DNA of 64,000 bases from Oikopleura dioica (Eukaryota > Animalia > Chordata), in the NCBI GenBank assembly GCA_907165135.1, contig OU015568.1:744001-808000 (forward strand), in the 5' to 3' direction. A program made the position numbers and the translations under genes. Below the pieces are notes generated by a model that saw nothing but the letters and a program-made list of their open reading frames with translations, had not been told where the DNA came from and searched no databases. Positions 11,278-22,898 of the stretch are shown piece after piece (position 1 is the first letter of the stretch; every line of letters starts with the position of its first letter).

Positions 11278-14200
11278 CTACTCTTCATTAAAAAAAGCGA
11301 ATACCCCGCCTAGAGCGCTACTAAGGAGTCTTTCAACTCCTCTTACCTCGTGACTCGGTCTCTTCTTTCGCTTTCTTCCAGTGTTTGCGGCCTTTTCTAG
11401 CGCCGAGAAGCCATTCGATTGATCTAATGAAGCGTCAAAAACTGCCTTGGAAAACGGTAACTCACTACCTTTGACAGCGAACTGAAGCCACTTCTGCAGG
11501 AGAGGTTTTAGTTTGCACATGTTCTTGAAGGAAAGTTGGAGGGCTTCGAATCGGCAAATGGTTGTTTGGGAGAAGACATTTCCGTAGAGGGTTCCAAGGG
11601 CAAGTCCAACATCAGCCTAGAACAATAAATAAGACAGCGGCCAAAAAAAAAACAGTAAAAAGATAATGATTCGAAGACCATAATAGGAAGGGCAGGTGTA
11701 AAATTGTGGATTAAATTTTTAAGTATCACTCGAAAGCTTATTTACTCCTTTATCACTCGATTCATCTAGCTTGAACATTTTACGTTTTTCTGTACAAAAA
11801 TGCAAGGCCACAATAAAAACCGCCTCTTTCAACTCTGACCACTCGGTTCGGCAGGGCTCGGTCGGGATTTTCCTTTATTGCGCTCAGCCGCAGCGCGATT
11901 CCGCATTATACTCCAGAGGTGGTCGCCCCCACCGACCCGATCTTTTTTGTGCTTTCTCAAATCTTATCGTCTGGATATTCGAAGCTCCGATATTCAAAAT
12001 CCTCCGGTATTGTTTTTTGGAGTCCAAAAGAAAAAGTCCCAACCGAGTTAAAAAAAGAAGGATGTTTTAAAGAGCGCGGAGAGCGGAATTTGCATTTTGA
12101 CATTTTAGTGAGTAAACAAAATGATTGCTCGCTGAATTTTTGATAAAATCGCCCCATAAACACACGAAAGGTCTTTTTACTTATTATGATCAATTGGTTT
12201 TTATGATGGTTTACCTGAGTGTAGCCAAGCTTGATTCGGCGCTGCTTGAAATCGCGGGCAAAGCCCTCGAGGTCGTCACTTGTCTTCTTTTAGCGATCAA
12301 CAATGAGCTAAGGGTATCACTTTCTTATGGTAAAGACATAAGAAAACTTCAAAAAAGGCTCAAAAAACTTTTGGTATTGAAAGTTAAGGGTGTCGCTATG
12401 ATAATTTTTCAGAAAAAAGTCGACTTAAATTTGTTGTTAACAATATCTACCCCCTTAATTTTTTAATAAAAGATTGTTGATCACTTTCCGGATTCGTCAT
12501 ATGATCTTCTGGGTGAACTCCATACTGGGCATATTGATCTGCATACTGATACGCATGCTGCTGGTAATACGGTAGGACGGATGGATGGGTACCCGGATGG
12601 CCAGGGCCAAAGGGATGAAGGGAAGAAAGAAAACTATGAGGATCGGTAGCGGAGACTGTTGAAGCTCCATGGGCAGAAGCAGCGGCGGCGGAGGAAAAAC
12701 CTGGGTACGAAAGAGAAGCAGCAGCGGCAGCTCTAGAAAAGGGATAAAAATGAGAAGGAAGAGGAAAGTCGTACCTAGAAGGATCAAGACCGGAGTAAAT
12801 ACTTGAAGAAGAAGGGTAGGGATAATTCCAGGCAGAGATTGACTGGGCAGTAGTCGGTGTATAACTTGATAAGGTGGAGGTCGTTATCTACAAATATTCC
12901 AAGTTACTGACCGAACAAACTTGATCGATTGCTTATCTACTGTGAGTGCTCCGATCGTCACTTTTCTCGAAAACTTACCGATGAGCTCATTGGAGGATTA
13001 TGACCAGTTGGGTCAATAGGGGTCAACACTGGGGAGGCGCTGGGTAGTTGTGGAGTGGAAATGGCAGAGCTAGAAACAGGCAGCGCAGATGGGGATGAGC
13101 TGAGCTCAGGCTGAGCAGGAGTGAGCTCGGAGCGGATGGTCGTCTCATCTGCTTCCACTTTGGGCTCCGTTTTGGGCAGATATGCGGCTTGGGAAGCGTT
13201 GTCGGGAGGCGTCTGGGAGAGGGAGGAAGTGCTCGAGCCAATGCCAGAGGAATTCGTTTTTTCCTAAAAAATAATGAATAACTCGAAGTTTTGATGATGT
13301 AAGAAGGTCCTTCGCTTCAAGATTTTTTACATCAATCAAAATCAGGTGCCCATTTGTATCCCACTCTAGAACTTTCTTTAGAGTTGTTCCTTGGGTTTGG
13401 GAGGATGGTAAAATAAATCATTGACTTTCAAAATGAAAAAAAATAGTCAATTTTTTTTATTTTTCTAAATTTTCGACTCGATGATTAATTTTACTAATTT
13501 TGGCCAAAAAGTACTAGAAGTTGATTTTTAATAAATCACGATTCGCAAATGTTCGTGTATCCAGCTGATCCTGAGCTAAGCGGGCGTGCATGTGGTGTTG
13601 TTGGTAGGGCGCGCTGAGGCTCTTTGCTAAACATCCGATTAGCATCCATTAGGCACTTCCGATTTTCACACCACGACGGGCACTTGGTTAGCGGAAATCT
13701 TTAATTTTATCCGCCCGCGAGTACCAGACCAGTCGAGATAGCGAAAATTACAAACTGCGCGAACTTGCAGAACTCGGACTAGGAAGGCCGGAAAGGGGTG
13801 ATTTGTAACGGGGGATTTTTGCCTGCTGAGATATGTGCACTATGGACATGAGGCAGGTATTTTGCTATTTTTTTACTTGGAGCCATTTTGAACTATCAAC
13901 ATCAGGAGATAGATTCGAAAGTAGACTCCGGAATTTGACAAATCTGGAGAGGGTAATTCTTTAGTAATCTTTGATTTTAAGCTTCATCTCAAAACTCGGG
14001 GTAAACTATAAATTCAAGTTCTAATTTTAAGTTTTATGGTCTCTCTTTTTCAAAATAAATTTTCCATTTCCAACTTCCAGAAAAACTTTGCACCGCCGAA
14101 AAAACACCAAAGCGCCAACATTTCCTGACGGAAGCGCTGACCAATTTCTTATCACCAAGTACAAGCGCGATTATCTTTCTCTCCTGCCGCGCCTGGGAAC

Positions 14201-15090
14201 CCTTCCCGCGCCAGCAAACAATGTTCCCATATATATACTGTCGAAAATTATTAGTAATTACGAGCTAATGACGCATCTGAAGGTCACACAGACACTTTGA
14301 CGCGATTTCATGGGCCATTAATTGTAAAAATATATTTACCTGAGTTCCAGTCCAATATGGATACGCCCCAGCTACAGTGTGATACTGAGCAGTCACAGGG
14401 CTTTGCTCGACCTGGCTGATGACGGAAGATGCTTGAGCAGCGGTGACAGGGGATGTTGCCGCGACATGGGCTGGGGAAATGTTTCCAGGAGTGTAGTAGT
14501 TGCGGTACTGGGCGGTGTTGACGGTGTCGTTGCTTTTTATGGGGATGAAAATTTTGAAAGAATATGACGTTTCAAATCCTTACTGAGATACTGAGCTTTT
14601 TGAGGAAAAATAGCCGCGCTCGCCTTTTTTCCACCAATTTAGTTCAAAGACAAGATATCGCTAAAAATTGTAAGCAAAAACTTTCGTGTCGAAAATTCGA
14701 GCGGCTTTCAAAATTTCAGAAAAAAAATTTTTAAAAGCCGCAATTTTGGCTTTCCACACCTTCTTTTAAAATTTTGATCATTAGAAAAAATTCAATCCCT
14801 TCCTGTACTGAACATTAGCCGCCTTGTACCCGGCTTCTTCCGGATAAAAGCTGACTGATGCGGCCATTTGGCCGATTTGTGTCTTCTCCAGAGTCTTTTT
14901 GGCTGCTCTCTTATCCTCTTGCTCGTCAATCTCTTGTTTGATTTCAGTCTTAAGGGTCTCTGCTTCCTTTTCGGGCTCTTTCTTGAGCTCGTCTTTTGCA
15001 GCTGATTTGCCAGTCCACCTGCTGATTGAACCTGTTACGTGGTTACAGTCGTAGTGAATATCAGCCCGTGGTGATTGGCTGAGGCGCACT
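11278..15090 (-). CDS. POU3F: Class III POU transcription factor (Brn/Oct6-like); POU-specific domain intact, homeodomain found only as far as [10 protein letters not shown]
   Basis: Exons ~12214-12284 ([23 protein letters not shown]) and 11347-~11617 ([44 protein letters not shown]...GRKRKKR); upstream Ser/Pro/Ala/His-rich exons at ~12490-12890, 12977-13263, 14341-14532, 14803-~15090. True 5' and 3' ends uncertain. Confidence 0.9.
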
Positions 15091-17123
15091 TTCAAATGCA
15101 AAAATATTCAAAATCTAGTGAATTTAATACGTTAGGGCGAATTCTGTTGAATACAGAGACGTGAATGATGATGCGTCAAGGCGCCCGGTTGGTGGCAGCA
15201 CCACCACCAGCACCAGAGCACCCAGCGAGTAGCGAACGGCGCCGGGCCAACGCCAGGTGGCGCGGTTTTTATTTTGCTCGAGAAAGGAGAGAATCAAGCT
15301 AGAGAAAGAAGCGGGCAATAAGGAAAGCTTGGCGGGGCGCTAGGGAGGACATAAAATACTAGAATGGTAGGCCGGGTTTCAAGATTAATGAAAAATAGAA
15401 GACGATATCTTTTTATTGATACGATATCAATGATGACAATAGACGATGATTCTTCAATTACAAGAAAATCGCAGGAACAATTGAAAAAAAATCGCTCTCT
15501 TTTATGTCTAAATTTAAGAATATCAAAATTTTAATCAAAAAATTGATGCTTTGGCCTCATTGAATAGGAGTTCGAAGACTGGACTTTTAATATTTTAATT
15601 TTTTGAATAAAGAATTGCCGAAATTTTCATATTTTTGCAGATTTCGCATTAATAAAGTGATACTCTTGTCCATTTATCAAAATTTTTGTTAGTCTCTTTT
15701 GTCGATAATTCTCCTTTACATCCTTAACCCTAACGGTAAGGGCCTAACCCTAACCCTAGACTATAAAGTTTGTTCTAATTCTGGGAGAAAAATTCTCCTC
15801 AAAATGTAAAAGTCAGCGGGTTTTTGTAGAGATTTTGAGCAGCGCCAAGCTGCGCTTGCTGATAAGCATTTGAGACGTTTGTTGAATTCGACGATTTTTG
15901 GCGAAAAGATTTTTTGAATTAGGTGGTGAATGGCTTGAACACGTTGTATTCGTTATGCAAACTAGGTGATGCAAGAAGCGTTGGCTTCCGCATTCAGAGT
16001 CGACTCCTTCTGAATTCAGCATATTCAAATATACCGGGCCGGCTAAGAAGCGTCCTGGTGTATTTTCTTTAGATCATTTTCGCTTCAAAACGCCATCAAC
16101 TGAATTTTCATTCATCTTAGATCACACAAATGCGCGTACGACGTTTCTCGCTGCATTTTCAACTCTTTATGGGAAATCATGGCGAATTGGAAGACATTTT
16201 CAACTTTTTAGATGACAAAAGTAATTTGCCTTTTTTATTGATATTTGTACCATATTGTCCTTTTAAAATGAATAGAACTTTTTTTTTTTAATTAAAAACA
16301 TAATTTTTTGATTAAAATTTAAAAAATAATTTTGACCAATCATAATTTGGATGGTGTCTGGAACCGACATAAAATTTCGACAATTTTGCGTGGGCGGCTA
16401 CTCGGCTGCTGATTGGCCGGTTTGCCAAATCCAGGTTTCTGATTGGTTGAAAATTTCCACGCAAAATTTGTCGAAATTTTTTTATCGGTTCCGGACACCT
16501 CCACTCATATTTTCGCATTCGGCTGGTGGTCGAATCAGATTTAATCAAAAAGATTTTCACGTAAAAATGAGGCCCAATAAGAAAGACTTCTTCAAAACCA
16601 GAAAGTTTAGATGTCAATGTTAGAAGACTCGGGAAAAAACTAGGGAGAAAAATTTGAAACCATATTTATGGTGTCTGAAACCGAAATATTAAAAACTCAT
16701 TTAAAATTATTTTATAAAAAACCTTATTGCATTAGGTAAGTACCAAATAAGGGTAGTACTCTGAGTTGATCCAACCTGTCGGATTGATATTCAATAGATC
16801 GGAAATTATTCAACCTTTTGAATAAGAAATCCCACCAGCGTCGCCCTAACCCGCCTCTCGATATTCATAGTTTCGTGAACAAAACTCGTCTAAGATATTC
16901 AAATATGTCAGTTATTGTATCGTGTGAGTCTACGCTTTGATCAGATTTGCATATTTTTATTGTCAAAGTGCTTGTTGTCGAGTGGCGCGCATTTCCGCAT
17001 TGACGGAAATTATCAGCGCCAGATTATGGTTCATGCAAACAACTTAGAAACGGAGAGTAATTTTAATTTGAAAATATAATTTTAGAAAAACGCTTTCATC
17101 GAAAGTTGTCGATTGATAAGATA

Positions 17124-17594
17124 TCATGATTAGGGCCGACGAGCAAAAATTCAACCCCAAGGACCATTTGTGGTAAAGCCTTGAAACTTTTGGACAATAT
17201 GTATTTGGGCCCAACTAACAAAATTGTTATTGAAAATTCAGGTTTCACGGGTTACTAAGGCCAATATACCTTGCAAAAAGGGCCATTTTGGACGCTTCAC
17301 TTCCCTCTAGCGAGTCATGTGATCTCGCCACCAAAAATGTTTTGGATTCTCTAGGAAGGACTTTTTGTGCTCTTTCATGTGAGCTACATAACGATCACCT
17401 GCGGTCAGGGGATCAAGGTTGGCAAGCTTTTCTAGCTTTTCGAGGGTCCGTATCACGTGATCACGTGATCATACCAAAAAAATTTCTATTACAAATTTTT
17501 AAGATGGGCTAAAATACATATAGTCCCAAAGTTTCGGGCAGTTACCTGAAGGGGTTTTAGGGGTTGATTTTTTGCTCGTCGACCCTAATCATGA
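17124..17594. mobile_element. TA-flanked MITE with ~90-bp imperfect TIRs (Tc1/mariner-type target)
   Basis: TA|TCATGATTAGGGCCGACGAGCAAAAA ... TTTTTGCTCGTCGACCCTAATCATGA|TA; tandem CACGTG at ~17455-17467 inside. Confidence 0.72.
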
Positions 17595-18923
17595 TAAGGA
17601 ACTTAAAAAATAAGGGTATCCCAAAGTAAATTTCAAAAAAAAGTAGAGGCAAACTGAATATTTTTGATAAAAATTTTTGAAATATTTTAACCCTAACCCT
17701 TTTGAAAAAAATTTTGATAAAAAATTTTCAACCCTAGCCACTGCCCTTAAATTTTTATTAAACAGTTTTGAAGCCTTGCCTTATCCCTTACCCTAAACTA
17801 AATTAAGGGTGTCAAACCGTAAACTTCATAAAAAAGTCGAAAGAAAATGCTAATAATTGATGTCCACCCCCCCTTAAAATCTCCGTGACGTAATATTCAA
17901 CAATCTTTTGGGCCCGGACTGGCGCGTATCTGAAATTCACAATTGTGAATATTCGAAATTCAGAAGGCAGGGAATAAGAAGAGAACTTCTAACAACTGCT
18001 CGTTTGCATAACGAATATAACGTGTTCAAAAAATCATCTTGGCTGCTGATTTCGGACAAGATGGATGACCGCCTTTTGATTCTTTTTAGAATCTGAGATT
18101 TTCTTCTTTTATTTAACCATTCCTGCGATATCCGGAAATTGAGGAAAAGGCGGGAAGCTACTCGGCATCTGGAATCCTTTTTGAGAGTTTTACAAGTTGG
18201 AGTCGGAATAACGACTTGTCAATCAAGCTCCTGATTGGCTAATCGAAAGATTTTTTCTTGATCAAAAACTCTTCCTGAAGCTGCTACTTGTGGTTGAACA
18301 ATGACTCCTTGAGGCTCAGAGCTGTAGGATCGCTAGAATAAATATTCTTGCAAGCTGTTTTCCTTGACCTTATTCTCGTACCTTGATCTTTGTAGAAATC
18401 AGCTTCCATGCCTTGTATGCTGCTGTGTTCTCAAGTGGCTCGGACTCGAATTGAGGTTGATAGGATGATAGTTTAAACAACAGTTTTCTGGGCAGCATGC
18501 AACCGAGAGTCTTAATTTTCAAAGAAAAATTATTTTTAAAATAAAAAAAACTAGGAAATCTTCATAAATAATAATTGAATATTCGAAATAAAAAATGGTT
18601 TCGTTCGGTTAACCGCGGTCAACCACGGTTAACATACAATTTTTTGGACAATATTTAAAAACTTAAAATTTCTCTTGCTCTTGTGAATAGATTCTACTGA
18701 ATAATCTATTTAAAACAAAAAGTGAAGACCTCAACCTCGCTCATGATGCTTTTAGGAATGGATTAAATTCAACATGGAATCGTTATTTCGTCCTCCCATC
18801 GACGCTTCACTGAGTTTCACTTTCCCCATAGTTGCTTCTTGAATATTCGGATATTCCTTAATACCGTTGTTTGTTTCCTTTATTTCAGAATAGCTATGTA
18901 AGTTGCTTATTGAGGCTTTCCGG

Positions 18924-19080
18924 CCTGTGTAAAAAACCTGAGTCAGGGTCCAAGAAGAGGTTCAATGAAAAGCCGCAGCGCGGCTTTTTTGATAATGAGG
19001 CCGCAAAGCGTCTTCTCTAGAATTTGAGTATCACCCTGATAAGGCTCTTCAAGAATCCTGACTCAGGTTTTTCACACAGG
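18924..19080. mobile_element. MITE, CCTGASTCAGG family
   Basis: CCTGTGTAAAAAACCTGAGTCAGG ... CCTGACTCAGGTTTTTCACACAGG with internal GCCGC-N3-GCGGC hairpin. Confidence 0.75.
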
Positions 19081-20929
19081 TTTTCGAGCGAAAGTAAACA
19101 AGTAATTGATTCAATGATTGTTTCCTCGGTTGTTCTATTCCTGAGATTCTGGGTCCATTCCAGAGCCGATAATCTGCCATTATCTTTGACAAAAATAGGA
19201 AAGTCGCTGTTGGCGCGATGTCACGTGAGTGTCACTTCGTAAATTGCGCTTCTCACAATTTCGCAAAATGCAACGAGCTGACTTGTTTTGACAAGCTATC
19301 CCTTCTTTGGTACTCCTCTGGGATCAAAAATCCTTCTCAGAAAACAACTCTTCAAATTTCCAACGGTCGGGGTTAGGGGGCGCCGTAAATTGCGGTCATC
19401 ACCGGTGGTTAATAAAATTATAGAAAACGGGTACAATGGAGCTTCCGCGCAAAGAACGCCCAAAGATCCGATTGAGGATTTCTTCAAAGGAAGCCACGTG
19501 ATCAATTTATGCAAATTTCTTTGGGAAGGGAACCACTAGTTATAGCGGTTGGAGGGTTAAGAATTATGATCAATAATTTTTTTGAATTTAGCGTACCATG
19601 TTGCATCTGCTATGAAACTAAGTCTGAGTCGTCATTTTCTACAAACTGTACTAATTCAAAAAATATATATTATGACTTATAATTTATAAGTAAAAAATTT
19701 ATAATTCTGATTTTCTTCGTAAAAATTTCTAGAGAAAAAATGATTTTCTAAACTTCTGACTCCATTTTTACTGTCCCCTTTGTTTATTTACAAAACAGAG
19801 GGACAAATCACTGCTCTAGAATTCTGGTACCACGGGCGCTGGGAAAGCCTGGCAAAGATAAAAGTTGCATAAGTCGGATTCTGCGGCTCTGGAGCTTTTT
19901 GTTTTCTACGGCGCTGAAATGGCTAGTTTCGTAAAATTTTAGGGTTAATTTTTGAAATCGAGGATTTTTATTTCGTTGGAAAGGGTTGAAAAGGGGGGTT
20001 TTGGAATTGGAGGAGAACCGGTGTGTTTATGGTTTTGTTGCTCTTGCTTTTTTGAAAAGTAGATTTTGAAGGGGCGTAAATACACGAGACTTAGGAAAAT
20101 CCGAAGCCCGGTGCTCGAGTGGCACCTCAAAGAGCTCAAAAACGCATTTTCGGAAAAGGCGACTGCGCAGCTCTGTTGCTGCTGAATCGGAAATAAGGCG
20201 GTGCCACGCTTGATCAATTAAGCACATGACTCATGTGACATGAGGGCCCCTCTCTCCTCTTCCTCAAACGAGCACATGAATTCGCTTTCCAGGGATTGTC
20301 CCTTCTTCCCTTCTTCTGTATTCTAGAGGCGCTTGGCCAAAATTTAGATAACCTTTTCGGAAAGATCTATTTGAATTTAGGGAATTTTCGCCTTTGAGAA
20401 ATTCGAAGCGGTCGATTAGGCTGCACAATGGCTGAGTGAAATGCTAATAAGGATAAACAAGAAAGCAAGTCCGAACAAACAAACTTCCGTTCCAGTAAAA
20501 AGCTTCTAGCGGATTATGGAGTTTTGCTGACCTTTAGAAGAAAGAATTGATAATGAGCTAGTCTATATCTCTTAGCTGTTCTCTTCCTATCCTTTTCCGA
20601 ATAAATATTTGTGTTGACGTCACATTCAGAAGTTTTACATCGCAGTTTATGCCGGTTTGTATCTGAAAGAGAGTTGGCTTAAATTTCAAATTGAGCTACA
20701 TGCATCAGCAATATTAGAAATGAACAAGACAGTGAATTATGAGAAGTTTTCTTCACAACCGGGAAAATATCGGGGGTGTTATGATTGCACTGAGATCACT
20801 GAGAAAATGGCCTCAAGTCCTTCAAGGAGACAGACATATGTTACTGCTTAAACTGTCAAGGCTTCTCAAATAATTTTTTTAAATGTATTTTAACTTATAA
20901 ACAAATTGACAAGAAATCCAAAGTGTTCT

Positions 20930-21530
20930 TTATATCAAAGATTCGAAGACAAGTTATGAAACTGTAATCTGCGATGCGAAGCTGAAATGTCCAGCGAAGA
21001 AGTGTGATGAGAAAAATTTGAGTGTACGGGAATTTTTCATCGGAAAATGTTGTGAGGCGGCGCGAAAAACCGTTGCAAAAGGTAAAAATGACTAGGGAAA
21101 ATACCTTTTGATCAGTCTTTCTAAATGGTCTTTTAGATAATCTTGAAAATATGACCCTTGTTCTGAATAATTTTCAAGAGGCAAAAGCTGATGTGAAGAG
21201 GCTCAAAGAAGAACTCGAAAAGGCAGAAAAGAACGTCCGAAGCATGGAAATTTCGCTTCAAGTTGCTGTGGCAGAGTCACTGGATGATATTGGTGTTTCT
21301 GGTAGATATTTCCCACCTGTACAAGACATATTTTTGATTTTTTAGTCCCTGCTATTCGGTGTTGCAAAATCTGCATGGAACGTTTCGACCAAAATAATCG
21401 CCGAGAATAAGTCCTTTTTTGTGGTCACAAATTTTGCTTCAAGTGCCTGACTGGCCTCTCTAGACGTATTTGCCCTGTTTGCCGAAAAGCTTTTACTCCT
21501 CAACAGATCATCAAGCTCTTCGAACATTAG
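20930..21530 (+). pseudogene. Cys-rich + coiled-coil + C3HC4 RING gene with in-frame stop in the RING
   Basis: Exons ~20930-21081, 21138-21301, 21346-21530 join in phase; CCKICMERF...E*VLFCGHKFCFKC...CPVCR with TAA at 21408-21410. 5' start not resolved. Confidence 0.72.
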
Positions 21531-22898
21531 ACTGCTCACTGCTTATATCTTCTTACAAGTTTTGACGCAAGAAGAGAGTCTTGACCTCCACAAAATGCAT
21601 TTTATTGCCAAAATATAAAACAAGAAATCAAAATTGCATAAGGGCGAGTTGTAGCCCAGGTTCAAATTTCCCTAAAATATGCAAAATCGCGATTACTCCT
21701 ATTAGGTGGGTGAGTGGGGAGTTCACTGTGCGCCCAGATTAATGCTCAATTCAAAACAAAGAGTGGCACTGGGCGCACGGCTAGCCAAGCTTGAACAAAA
21801 TGCGACGAGCTCGTACCGTTCGAAAAACAACGCGGAAAAACTAGCCGAACACGCTACTAACGGACTTGAAATACAGGATAATTATTCCAAGGTTGTTTTT
21901 TCTTGAATTCAAGATTTTTCCTGTGAATTTAGCTTTTTTTAACCCATCAAGCATAATTCAAAACCGAGAATCTTGAATTTCGAACATCTTTTAATTGAAA
22001 ATTTAACAGTGATACCCTTATTTAATGAAAAAATGGAATAATTAGGTCATTTTAAATATGAGCTCCGCAACCTGTGAAGAAGCCTGAGTCAGGGTCCTGT
22101 CTGAGCTTTAGTAATACTTCTTCAGTTCTATAAGGAGCCTGACTCAGGTTTCTACACAGGTAAAAAACTTAGAAAAGACGAAAATTAATCAAAATTAGAG
22201 CCAAATTTAACCTTTGAGCTTCAAATGGACCTTCAATCCGGCAAAACCTCATCGACCCTCAAAATACTGTCCCACTGCGTGAAGGAGCACGTCTTGTGGG
22301 AAAGCCATTTCCTGGTGGCACTTTGCTCCACTTTTGAGCATTTTTTTCATTTTGAGAATCTTTTTTGTAAAAGCTTGTTTTTGGCACGGAGGCGCGGCTT
22401 GTTGTCCATTGAGCCTCCTGAATATCGAGTTTTTCGACAAGTGCTATGCTTTTTTTTTGAAAATGGGAGCTTGATTTTTAGATTCGCTGCTCTAGTTTTA
22501 TTCAAAAATAAAGGATTTTTATTTTTTTTATTTTTATTATAAAAAATAGAAAAATATTTAATGAAATCAAGGAAGAGAACCATGCTCAGGGATGATTATC
22601 GTCGGGCATTCTGAAGTCCGAATCGAGTGCCAAAGCCAGATAAATTTCGTAAGCCTTCATGGCCGTTCTCATCAATAACTTTTTCTTGGCCGCAAAGAAC
22701 CCTAATAACCCGCGTTTTTCACTAAACGATTCAATAAACATTCGTGACTTTTGTGACATATTCAGTGTCATAAGGAAGTGCATTTCCCTCTTAATTCAAA
22801 AATGTTTGTTTTTTTTCTGGCAACAAATTTACCCGAAAGAGATTTTTTGAAAACCTCGAGTAACAAAAAAAAAACAATATCCTTCTCATCAGCTTAAA

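Noticed and set aside
18130-18500. GC-richer stretch resembling decayed coding sequence
   Set aside because: All frames interrupted; no identifiable domain.
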